DNA of 64,000 bases. Origin: Candidatus Eiseniibacteriota bacterium (GTDB lineage: Bacteria; Eisenbacteria; RBG-16-71-46). Positions 45,389-53,200 of the stretch are shown piece by piece. Where the stretch lies: NCBI GenBank assembly GCA_044223005.1, contig JBGAML010000008.1, positions 1,171 to 65,170 of the forward strand, written 5' to 3'. Every line of letters starts with the position of its first letter. Positions within the stretch are counted from its first letter, which is position 1. The notes below the pieces were generated by a model. It saw only the letters and a list, made by a program, of their open reading frames with translations. It was not told where the DNA came from and searched no databases. The position numbers and the translations under genes were made by a program.

Positions 45389-46756
45389 ATGGACGCCCTG
45401 ACCCAGTACCTCGAGCAGAACCGCGATCGCTTCCTCGACGACCTCAAGTCGGCCCTGCGCATCCCGAGCGTCAGCGCGCAGCCCGATCACAAGGCGGAGG
45501 TGAAGCGCTGCGCCGAGCACGTCGCGCAGCACATGCGGAACATCGGGATCACGCACGTGGAGATCGTGCCCACGGCGGGGCATCCGCTCGTCTACGGGGA
45601 ATGGCTGGGCGCGCCGGGTGCGCCGACGATGCTGCTCTACGGCCACTACGACGTGCAGCCGCCGGAGCCGCTCGACCTGTGGACGAGCAAGCCGTTCGAG
45701 CCCACGGTGCGCGACGGCAAGCTCTACGCGCGCGGCGCCTGCGACGACAAGGGCCAGATCTACATGCACTTCTCGGCCATGGCCGCGCACTTCGCGGTGA
45801 ACGGCAAGCTGCCGGTCAACGTGAAGATCGTGATCGAGGGCGAGGAGGAGGTGGGCAGCGAGAACCTCGGGCCTTTCCTGAAGCAGTGGAAGGAGCGCCT
45901 CGCCGCCGACGTCGTCGTGGTGAGCGACACGAGCATGCTCGGTCCCGACCAGCCCGCGCTCTGCTACGCGCTGCGCGGCCTGCTCTACACGCAGGTCGAG
46001 GTGACCGGCCCGACGCGCGACCTGCACTCGGGCGAGTTCGGCGGTGCGGTGATGAATCCCGCGAACGCGCTCGCGCAGATCATCGCCGGCCTCAAGGACG
46101 CCGACGGCCGCGTCACGGTGCCGGGCTTCTACGACCGCGTGCGCGAGCTGACGCCGCTCGAGCGCCAGGCGATGGCCGACCTGCCCTTCGACGAAGCCGG
46201 CTTCATCCGCGAGAGCGGTGCCCCCGAGGCGTTCGGCGAGAAGGGCTACACGACGATGGAGCGCATCTCCTCGCGCCCGACGCTCGACGTGAACGGCATG
46301 TGGAGCGGGTACATCGGCGAGGGCGCCAAGACCGTGCTGCCCAGCTTCGCCGCCGCCAAGATCAGCATGCGGCTCGTGCCCGACCAGGATCCGGCCGCGA
46401 TCTTCCCCGCGTACGAGGCGCACGTCCGCCAGCTGGCGCCGAAGGGCGTGACGGTGAAGGTCATCGACCACCACGGCGCAGTCCCGTTCATCACCTCACC
46501 CGAGCACCCGATGATGCAGGCCGCCACCCGCGCGCTCGCGCGTGCGTGGACCAAGAAGCCGGCGCTCTTCCGCGAGGGCGGCTCGATCCCCGTCATGGCG
46601 CTCTTCCAGCAGGTGCTCGGGCTGCCGAGCATCCTCATGGGCTTCGGCCTGCACGACGACCAGGTGCACGCGCCCAACGAGAAGTTCTCGCTCACGTCGT
46701 TCCACGGCGGCACCAAGAGCTGCGCCTACCTCTACGAAGAGCTTGCGCGCGGCTGA
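45389..46756 (+). CDS. M20-family dipeptidase
   Basis: ATG 45389 within listed ORF 45314..46756. Motifs: LLYGHYDVQP, ARGACDDKGQ, IEGEEEVGSENL, HAPNEKF. Confidence 0.9.
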   Translation: MDALTQYLEQNRDRFLDDLKSALRIPSVSAQPDHKAEVKRCAEHVAQHMRNIGITHVEIVPTAGHPLVYGEWLGAPGAPTMLLYGHYDVQPPEPLDLWTSKPFEPTVRDGKLYARGACDDKGQIYMHFSAMAAHFAVNGKLPVNVKIVIEGEEEVGSENLGPFLKQWKERLAADVVVVSDTSMLGPDQPALCYALRGLLYTQVEVTGPTRDLHSGEFGGAVMNPANALAQIIAGLKDADGRVTVPGFYDRVRELTPLERQAMADLPFDEAGFIRESGAPEAFGEKGYTTMERISSRPTLDVNGMWSGYIGEGAKTVLPSFAAAKISMRLVPDQDPAAIFPAYEAHVRQLAPKGVTVKVIDHHGAVPFITSPEHPMMQAATRALARAWTKKPALFREGGSIPVMALFQQVLGLPSILMGFGLHDDQVHAPNEKFSLTSFHGGTKSCAYLYEELARG

Positions 46757-47522
46757 CCCGATCACCCGACCGCGCGCGGCGGCGCGGCTCACGTCCGCCG
46801 CGCCTGCCGTCGCTCGCCGCGCCCTCGCGTGGTTGCGCGAGCACGGCCGTGGCGCCGCCGACCATCCCGCCTCGGGCGGCTACGGCACGCGCGAAACGAG
46901 GCTGGGCGTGACGCTGCCCGAGCTCGACGCGTACTCGCGCGAGCTCGCGCGCGAAGCGAAGGCGTGGCCGCCGCGCGAGGCCGTGGCGCTGGCGCGAGCG
47001 CTGGCCGGCGCGGGCGTGTTCGAGGCGCGGCTGCTCGCGAACCAGTTCCTGCTCCGGCATCGCGCGGGCGCGGCGGCGCTCACGGCCGCCGACCTCGAAG
47101 CGATCGGCGCGGGCAACGACAACTGGGCCGCGACCGACTCGTTCGCCTGCTACGTCGCGGGCCCCGCGTGGCGCACCGGCCGCATTCCCGACGCGCGCGT
47201 GCACCGCTGGGCGCGCTCGCGCGACCGCTGGTGGCGGCGCACGGCGCTGGCCGCGACGGTGGCGCTCAACGTGAAGGCGCGGGGCGGCGCGGGCGACGTG
47301 CCGCGCACGCTCGCCGTGTGCGAGACGGCCGTCGCGGACCGCGACGAGATGATCGTGAAGGCGCTGTCGTGGGCACTGCGCTCGGCGCTGCCGCACGACC
47401 CCGCGGCCGTGCGCGCGTTCGTGGCCCGGCACGAGGACTCGCTCGCGGCGCTCGTCCGGCGCGAGGTGGCGACCAAGCTCTCGACCGGTCGCAAGCACGC
47501 GCCCCGGGGAGCCGCACGATGA
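46743..47522 (+). CDS. DNA alkylation repair (AlkD-like HEAT-repeat) protein. The start is uncertain.
   Basis: Part of listed ORF 46542..47522. AlkD-like segments: ...LGVTLPELDAYSRELARE..., NDNWAATDSF..., SRDRWWRRTALAATVALN..., DEMIVKALSWALRS. No in-frame ATG or GTG lies between the M20 stop and the conserved N-terminus. TTG 46743 (a 14-nt overlap) or TTG about 46832 are the only candidates. Confidence 0.6.
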   Translation: MRAADPITRPRAAARLTSAAPAVARRALAWLREHGRGAADHPASGGYGTRETRLGVTLPELDAYSRELAREAKAWPPREAVALARALAGAGVFEARLLANQFLLRHRAGAAALTAADLEAIGAGNDNWAATDSFACYVAGPAWRTGRIPDARVHRWARSRDRWWRRTALAATVALNVKARGGAGDVPRTLAVCETAVADRDEMIVKALSWALRSALPHDPAAVRAFVARHEDSLAALVRREVATKLSTGRKHAPRGAAR

Positions 47523-48943
47523 AGCGGCTCGTGCTGGCGCTCGTGCTGCTCGCGCTCGTCGTGCCGCGCGCCTTCGCCGGCGCGGGGGATGCGCGCACGC
47601 TGGTCGTGCGGGGCATCGTGCTCGCGCCCGACGGCTCGCCGCTCCCGGGCGCCCACATCACCGCGCGCGGCAGCGCGAACCTGTCCGCGCTCACCGATCC
47701 GCGCGGGCGTTACACGCTCTCGGTGCCGATCGGTTCCGCCGCGAGCCTCAGGCGCGGTGCGTTCTCGCTCGAAGTCCGCGCCGAAGAATCCGGACGCCGG
47801 CTCGCGCTCGGCGCCGGGGCGCCCGCGCTCGCGGTCGAGGTCTCGCTCGCGCCTGGTGGCAGCCGCGTGCGCGTGCGCTCGAACTCGCAGGAGGCGACCT
47901 CGGCGATCGCGACCGCGTTCGCGCAGGATCGTGCGACCACCGCGTGGGTCGAGGCCGACTTCGGTGGCGCCGCGCGGCCCTCGGGGAGCCTGGCGCTCAC
48001 CGCGGTCGACGAGGTGCGCCTCGACGGCGGCGCTTCGCCCGCCACGGGCGAGAGCGGTGCGGTCGCGCCGAGGCGGCCGCGCGTCGATTCGCTCCCGCAC
48101 GCCGCGGCGCCGCCGGCCCCCGCGCCGGCGCCCGCGCCGCCGGCCGATCGCGCGCGCCGCGACTCGCTCGCCCGTGCGCGCGCCGCCGCGGCGGCCGAGG
48201 CGAAGGCGTTCGCGGACAGCGTGCAGCGCATGCGCCGCGGGCCGCGGCCGCTCACGAACTCCGCGAGTGCCGAGGAGCGTCGCGTGCGCGCCCGGCTCGA
48301 CAGCCTGATGCGCGTGCGCTCCGACTCTGCGTCGCGCGCCCGCGCGAACGTGCGTGACAGCGTCGCGCGCGCCCGCCAGGCGGCCGCGAGCGCGGCGCAG
48401 CGCGCGTGGAGCGACTCCCTCGCACGCGCGCACGCCGCCCAGCTCGACGCGCAGCGCCGGCAGCAGGCCGAGGCGAAGGCGCGGCGCGACAGCGTGCGCG
48501 CGTCGCGCACCGCGGCACGCACCGGCGTCCGCGCGCCGAAGACGCCCGCGCCGCCGGTCGTGTCCGTGACCGAGGCGCCGCCGAAGCCCGCGCCCGCGCC
48601 CGCGCCCGCGCCGGCGCGCGCGACGGCCCCCGCGCGCGCCGTGGACTCGTGCGCGTGCCACATCCGCGGCACGGTCGAGATCGAGTGGGACCGCCCGCTG
48701 GAGCGCAACTTCCCGATCGGGATCACGCTCGAGGGCCCGGTCAGCCAGCGCGCGGATGTCGACATGTTCATCGGCTCGCCGCGCGAGTTCCGCTTCGGGC
48801 CCGTGCCGTGCGGCGACTACCGGCTCGTCGTGCATCCGGAGAGCCGGCTGCGTTACACGCTCGCGCGCGGCGACTCCGTGTTCGCGCTGCCGTGCCGCGG
48901 CGCCACCCAGGCGCGGCTCGTGCTGGTGCCCGCGAAGCGGTAG
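47519..48943 (+). CDS. Secreted protein: carboxypeptidase-regulatory-like beta-sandwich, Arg/Ala/Ser-rich repeat region, C-terminal Cys-containing beta domain
   Basis: In frame within listed ORF 46829..48943. The ATG at 47519 overlaps the upstream stop (ATGA). The signal peptide is MKRLVLALVLLALVVPRAFAGAG. Then VVRGIVLAPDGSPLPGAHITARGS...TDPRGRYTLSVP, with a DS(L/V)xRAR periodicity in the middle. Confidence 0.6.
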   Translation: MKRLVLALVLLALVVPRAFAGAGDARTLVVRGIVLAPDGSPLPGAHITARGSANLSALTDPRGRYTLSVPIGSAASLRRGAFSLEVRAEESGRRLALGAGAPALAVEVSLAPGGSRVRVRSNSQEATSAIATAFAQDRATTAWVEADFGGAARPSGSLALTAVDEVRLDGGASPATGESGAVAPRRPRVDSLPHAAAPPAPAPAPAPPADRARRDSLARARAAAAAEAKAFADSVQRMRRGPRPLTNSASAEERRVRARLDSLMRVRSDSASRARANVRDSVARARQAAASAAQRAWSDSLARAHAAQLDAQRRQQAEAKARRDSVRASRTAARTGVRAPKTPAPPVVSVTEAPPKPAPAPAPAPARATAPARAVDSCACHIRGTVEIEWDRPLERNFPIGITLEGPVSQRADVDMFIGSPREFRFGPVPCGDYRLVVHPESRLRYTLARGDSVFALPCRGATQARLVLVPAKR

Positions 48944-48950
48944 CGGGCGT

Positions 48951-49409
48951 TCAGCGCGTGTAGATGTCCGGGTCCCAGCGGTGCATCCACCGCTCGGGAT
49001 TCGCGATCGGCGTGAAACCGAACTTCGCGTAGAGCGCGTGCGCGTCGCGCGTCGCCAGCACCCAGCGCCGCAGTCCCTGCACGTCCGGATGCGACACGAT
49101 GCACTCCATCAGCCACGTCGCCAGCCCGCGTCCGCGCCACGCCTCGAGCACGTAGACGTCGGCGAGATAGGCGAACGTCGCGCGGTCGGTGACGAGCCGG
49201 GCGAAGCCGATCTGCTCGCCCGCGACCAGGCAGGCGTCCGGTGACGTCGCGTAGAGCCCGAAGCAGAGCGAGCCCTCGATCGCGCGCCGCATCACCGCGA
49301 GCGGGATGCCCTTCGCCCAGTAGCTCTGGGCGAGGAAGGCGTGCACGGCCGCGACGTCGATCCGAGACGTCTCGGTGTCGACCGCGAACATGTCGCGTTC
49401 CCAGAGCAC
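48951..49409 (-). CDS. GNAT-family N-acetyltransferase
   Basis: 152 aa, GTG 49409 (alternative ATG 49391). The acetyl-CoA motif is VLEAWRGRGLATWLMECIV. Confidence 0.8.
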   Translation of the reverse strand: MLWERDMFAVDTETSRIDVAAVHAFLAQSYWAKGIPLAVMRRAIEGSLCFGLYATSPDACLVAGEQIGFARLVTDRATFAYLADVYVLEAWRGRGLATWLMECIVSHPDVQGLRRWVLATRDAHALYAKFGFTPIANPERWMHRWDPDIYTR

Positions 49410-49413
49410 GCTG

Positions 49414-49923
49414 CTATCCGTTCGTGCGGTAGTTGCCGAACTTGAGCTCGACGCCGAAGTCGTGCCCGCGCAGCAGCGCCATCGCGCCCTGCAGGTCGTC
49501 CTTGCTCGCCGAGGAGATGCGCACCGTGTCGCCCTGGATGGCCGACTGCACCTTCTTGAGCTTGGCGTCCTTGAGGAACTTCACGATCTCGCGGCACAGG
49601 TCACTCGAGAGCCCGGTCGTGAGCGTCACGACCTGCCGCAGCGACGAACCGGCCGCGGACTCGGGGTTGCCGCGCGTCAGGTTCTGCACCGGCACCTTGC
49701 GTTTGACCATCTTGCCCTGCAGCACTTCCCAGACGGCGCCGAGCTTGTAGTCGTCGGGCGCCGCGAGCGTGATGGTGCCCGCCTTCTCGTCGAGCGTGAT
49801 CTCCACCTTCACGCCCTTGAAGTCGTAGCGCTGCGTGATCTCCTTGGTGGCCTGGTCGACGGCGTTGTTCACTTCCATCATGTCGACGCCGGTCGTGACG
49901 TCGAACGAACTCGTGGTGGCCAT
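49414..49923 (-). CDS. yajQ: YajQ-family nucleotide / cyclic-di-GMP-binding protein (UPF0234)
   Basis: C-terminal 169 aa of listed ORF 49414..50292, from ATG 49923 with a GAAGGAGAA RBS: SSFDVTTGVDMMEVNNAVDQATKEITQRYDFKGVKVEI... Confidence 0.9.
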   Translation of the reverse strand: MATTSSFDVTTGVDMMEVNNAVDQATKEITQRYDFKGVKVEITLDEKAGTITLAAPDDYKLGAVWEVLQGKMVKRKVPVQNLTRGNPESAAGSSLRQVVTLTTGLSSDLCREIVKFLKDAKLKKVQSAIQGDTVRISSASKDDLQGAMALLRGHDFGVELKFGNYRTNG

Positions 49924-49943
49924 GCGTTCTCCTTCGAGTGGAA

Positions 49944-50501
49944 CTAGCGCCGGCGGGGCTTCGCCGCCGGGCGCGAGGCCGGCTTCGGCCGCGTGCGCCG
50001 CGCCGCCGGGACGGCCCGGGTCAGGCGCAGGCCGGCGATCCGGTCCGTGATCTCGCGGGCGCTTTGGGACGGGCGGTCGAGGATCTCCTCGCGCACCGCG
50101 CGCATCGCGTGGCGCTGGGTCGCCCAGATCACCCGGCGCGCGGCCTCGGCGGGCGAGACGAAGGCGTACAGGTCGTGCTCGTGCGAGAGGGTGACCGTGT
50201 CGGTCCACGCGACCTCGGCCGCGAACGTGGGTACCGCGGTCACCTCGTCGCGGGCGATGAGATAGAAGACGGAGAGGTACTCCAGCGCCCACCAGCGAAT
50301 CGGGATAAGTCCAGTTTCTTCAAGGACTTCCCGCGCTGCGGCCCGCCAGGTCGCCTCGCGCTTCTCGATCCCACCCGTGACTGGCTGCCAGACCCCGGCC
50401 AACGTGCGGTCCGCAGCCCGGCGGATGAGCAGGAACTCCACGCGCTTGCCGCGGCGGCGGAAGAGGTGGACCTCGATGAACCGGGTGGCGATCGGGCGCA
50501 T
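49944..50501 (-). CDS. NUDIX hydrolase with a basic Pro/Arg/Ala C-terminal tail
   Basis: C-terminal 185 aa of listed ORF 49944..51008, from ATG 50501. The Nudix box is GGIEKREATWRAAAREVLEETGL. Confidence 0.8.
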   Translation of the reverse strand: MRPIATRFIEVHLFRRRGKRVEFLLIRRAADRTLAGVWQPVTGGIEKREATWRAAAREVLEETGLIPIRWWALEYLSVFYLIARDEVTAVPTFAAEVAWTDTVTLSHEHDLYAFVSPAEAARRVIWATQRHAMRAVREEILDRPSQSAREITDRIAGLRLTRAVPAARRTRPKPASRPAAKPRRR

Positions 50502-50542
50502 GGCGCGCACGCTATCCGCATCGGCGCCGCCCCGGCAAGCCG

Positions 50543-50574
50543 CTTTCCACGTGTCAGATGGCCCCTGTGGAAAG
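50543..50574. promoter_or_regulatory. Perfect 8-bp inverted repeat in the NUDIX / atp divergent intergenic region
   Basis: CTTTCCAC (50543-50550), a 16-nt spacer, then GTGGAAAG (50567-50574). It could be a protein-binding site or an RNA hairpin; the function is unknown. Confidence 0.25.
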
Positions 50575-50600
50575 TTCTGGCGCCGGGCTCGCAATCGCGC

Positions 50601-50629
50601 TTGACCGTTTCCTGCGGTTCGCCTACCTT
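50601..50629 (+). promoter_or_regulatory. Candidate sigma70-like promoter of the atp operon
   Basis: TTGACC (50601-50606), a 17-nt spacer, then TACCTT (50624-50629). The -10 element is weak. Confidence 0.25.
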
Positions 50630-50677
50630 GCCGCGGTTCCATCGGCACCCCGTTGGGCCGCATCACCGCCGATGGCT

Positions 50678-50693
50678 TGTGAAAACTTTCACC
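50678..50693. promoter_or_regulatory. CRP/FNR-family-like palindrome just upstream of the first atp gene
   Basis: TGTGA-AAACTT-TCACC matches TGTGA-N6-TCACA at 9 of 10 positions. It is an AT-rich island 13 nt upstream of the atpZ-like ATG (50706). Confidence 0.3.
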
Positions 50694-50705
50694 GGGGCGC
50701 GCCGC

Positions 50706-50960
50706 ATGAGTCCATCCAGCGGGCGGAGACCTGACCCTTCCGGGCTTCGGTCCGCCGGCATGCTGCTCGCCATCCCGGGCTTGCTCGTCGTTTCTCCTCT
50801 CGTGGGTTTCTTCCTGGGCAAGTACGCGGATCGGTGGCTCAAGACCACGCCGTGGCTGTCGATGGTCGGCCTGGTCCTGGGTTTCGTCGCCGCCGGTCGC
50901 GAGATCTTCGCGATCATCCAACGAGTGCAGTCCGAACAGGAGAAGGATACGCGCCGCTGA
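50706..50960 (+). CDS. atpZ: AtpZ-like small membrane protein (putative F0F1-ATPase-associated subunit)
   Basis: ATG 50706 within listed ORF 49938..50960, 84 aa, with two TM helices: GMLLAIPGLLVVSPLVGFFLGKYADRWLKTTPWLSMVGLVLGFVAAG. It is the first gene of the atp operon. Confidence 0.65.
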   Translation: MSPSSGRRPDPSGLRSAGMLLAIPGLLVVSPLVGFFLGKYADRWLKTTPWLSMVGLVLGFVAAGREIFAIIQRVQSEQEKDTRR

Positions 50961-50986
50961 CCCCTCGGTCCGGCGCCCCCGCCGCC

Positions 50987-52393
50987 ATGGGCCTCGAGTT
51001 CCTCGCACGTATCCGCCGCACGTCGCTCTGGGCGACGGCTCTGATCGCGCTGTTCGTGGCCGTCCGCGTCTCCTACGCGGCGGGCATCGCCGTCGCCGCG
51101 GGCTCGTTCTGGTCGCTCGCGAACCTGTCGCTGCTCGAGGTCATCGTCACGAGCCTGACGGGTGGCGCGCACGCCAAGCGACGCGCGCTGTTCGCCGGCC
51201 TCGCCAACGTCGGCCTGCTGGGTGTCGGCGCGCTGCTGCTGCTGAGGCTCCCGGGCCTCGCGCTCGTGGGCGGCTTCACGGTCCCGCTCGCGGTGATCGC
51301 GCTCAAGGCCGCTTCGCAGGTGCTGCTCGCGTCGAGCTTCTGGGCGAGCCTCGTGCGCAGCCCGTGGCGCGCGACCGCGCTCGTCGCGACGCTCGCCGTG
51401 GCCACGTGGTTCGGCGGCACCGCGCTCGCGCGTGCGCAGGCCGATCACGCCGAACATGCGGCGCCCGCCGCCACCGCGCCGGCCGAGACGCCCGCGCCCG
51501 CGGAGCACGCGGCCGAGGGCGAGCACGCCGCGGCCGGCGAGCACGCGGCGGCCGACGGCGAGCACGCCGAGACCGGTCCCAAGGAGTTCGACAACGTGCT
51601 CACGATCCTCGTGAAGGCCAACGAGGACAAGCCGTGGGCGCACGTGGTCCACCAGTTCGAGAACGTGATCTTCTCCGCGTTCGTCGCGCTGATCCTCTGC
51701 ATCGTCGCGTTCTTCGCGACCCGCAACTTCCGGATGATCCCGAGCGGCCTGCAGAACGCGGTCGAGGCGATCATCGAGCCCGTCTACAACCAGGTCTGCG
51801 AGATCCTGGGTCCCAAGTACGGGCCGCGCTACGCGCCGTTCCTCGGCAGCCTCTTCCTCTACATCTTCTTCATGAACCTGCTCGGCGTCGTGCCGCTCAT
51901 GAAGTCGCCGACGTCGAACCTCAACGTCACGTTCGCGCTCGCGATCACGGTGTTCGTCTACGTGCAGTTCACGGCGATCCGCGAGAGCGGCCTGCTCGGC
52001 TGGCTCGACCACATGGCCGGCAGCCCGCGGACGCCGATCGAGTGGGGCCTCGTCCCACTGGCGTTCCCGATTCACGTGATCGGCGAACTCGCCAAGCCCG
52101 TGTCGCTCTCGTGCCGACTGTTCGGGAACATCTTCGGCGAGGACATGCTCCTCGTCGGGTTCGCGACGCTCGGCATCGGCGCCATGTCGGCGATGCACCT
52201 CGGCGGCCTGCCCTTCGGCCTGCCGCTGCACTTCGTGTTCCTGTTCCTCGCACTGCTCACGAGCTTCGTGCAGGCCATGGTCTTCGCGATGCTCAGCACG
52301 ATCTACTTCCTGCTCATGCTGCCCCACGACCACGGTCACGAACACGACCACGGTCCCGGACACGGAGCGGAAGCGCACCACGCAGCCCACTGA
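50987..52393 (+). CDS. atpB: F0 subunit a (AtpB) preceded in the same frame by an AtpI-like hydrophobic region and a His-rich repeat
   Basis: ATG 50987 within listed ORF 50834..52393. Residues 1 to about 120 are AtpI-like TM helices. A signal-like segment VRSPWRATALVATLAVATWFGGTALARAQA follows, then (G/A)EHAA repeats. Canonical subunit-a sequence comes next (...LFLYIFFMNLLGVVP..., ...SLSCRLFGNIFGEDM... with the essential Arg). No stop separates the two parts. An internal GTG at 51353 is an alternative start for a stand-alone subunit a. Confidence 0.8.
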   Translation: MGLEFLARIRRTSLWATALIALFVAVRVSYAAGIAVAAGSFWSLANLSLLEVIVTSLTGGAHAKRRALFAGLANVGLLGVGALLLLRLPGLALVGGFTVPLAVIALKAASQVLLASSFWASLVRSPWRATALVATLAVATWFGGTALARAQADHAEHAAPAATAPAETPAPAEHAAEGEHAAAGEHAAADGEHAETGPKEFDNVLTILVKANEDKPWAHVVHQFENVIFSAFVALILCIVAFFATRNFRMIPSGLQNAVEAIIEPVYNQVCEILGPKYGPRYAPFLGSLFLYIFFMNLLGVVPLMKSPTSNLNVTFALAITVFVYVQFTAIRESGLLGWLDHMAGSPRTPIEWGLVPLAFPIHVIGELAKPVSLSCRLFGNIFGEDMLLVGFATLGIGAMSAMHLGGLPFGLPLHFVFLFLALLTSFVQAMVFAMLSTIYFLLMLPHDHGHEHDHGPGHGAEAHHAAH

Positions 52394-52413
52394 CCCAGAA
52401 CGGAGGTTGAGAG

Positions 52414-52644
52414 ATGGACTTCCACAGCGCACTTGGCCTGGCTCTTCCCCTCGGCGTCGGCGTCGCCGCCATCGGCTCCGGCATCGGCCTCGGCATGATC
52501 GGCAACGGCGCCCTGCAGGCGATGGGCCGTCAGCCGGAAGCGATCGCGAAGCTGCAGACCGCCATGATCATCATCGGCGCGTTCGCCGAAGCGCTCACGA
52601 TCTACGCGTTCGTCACCGTGTTCCTCCTCTCGGGCAAGATCTGA
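52414..52644 (+). CDS. atpE: F0 subunit c
   Basis: 76 aa helical hairpin. The loop is MGRQPE and the ion-binding carboxylate lies in IGAFAEALTIYAF. Confidence 0.92.
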   Translation: MDFHSALGLALPLGVGVAAIGSGIGLGMIGNGALQAMGRQPEAIAKLQTAMIIIGAFAEALTIYAFVTVFLLSGKI

Positions 52645-52708
52645 CGCACGACACGCCAGCGGGGCCGCGCGGCGCCTTCCGGCGCGGGCGCGTTCCCGGG
52701 GAGCACGC

Positions 52709-53200
52709 ATGAACGGTCTGATCGACATCAAACTCGTACTCACCCAGATCCTGGGCTTCCTCGTCATGGTCTGGATCCTCGGGCGTTTCGCCTGGGGTCC
52801 GATCGTGCAGGGGCTCGAGGCGCGCCGGCAGAAGATCGCCGGTGACTTCGCCGAGGCCGAGCGGCGCCAGCGCGAGGCCGACCAGCTCAAGGCGAAGTAC
52901 GAGCAGGAGCTTCGTGGCGTCGAGGTGCAGGCGCGCCAGCGGATCCAGGAAGCCGTCGCGGAGGGCCAGAAGGTCGCCGAGGAGATCAAGGCGCAGGCCC
53001 ACACGGAGGCCCAGGCCCGGTTGCACCGCGCCGAGGAGGAAGTGGCCCGCCAGCGTGAGAAGGAGAAGGAGCTGGTGAAGGAGAAGATCGTCGATCTCTC
53101 CATCCGCACGGCCGAGAAGATCCTCCGCGCCAAGCTCGATGATCCGGCCCAGCGTCGTCTGGCCGCCGAGTTCATCGACGAGGTCGGGTCCGCACGATGA
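52709..53200 (+). CDS. atpF: F0 subunit b
   Basis: 163 aa: one N-terminal TM followed by a long charged helix (AEAERRQREADQLKAKYEQEL...). Confidence 0.88.
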   Translation: MNGLIDIKLVLTQILGFLVMVWILGRFAWGPIVQGLEARRQKIAGDFAEAERRQREADQLKAKYEQELRGVEVQARQRIQEAVAEGQKVAEEIKAQAHTEAQARLHRAEEEVARQREKEKELVKEKIVDLSIRTAEKILRAKLDDPAQRRLAAEFIDEVGSAR

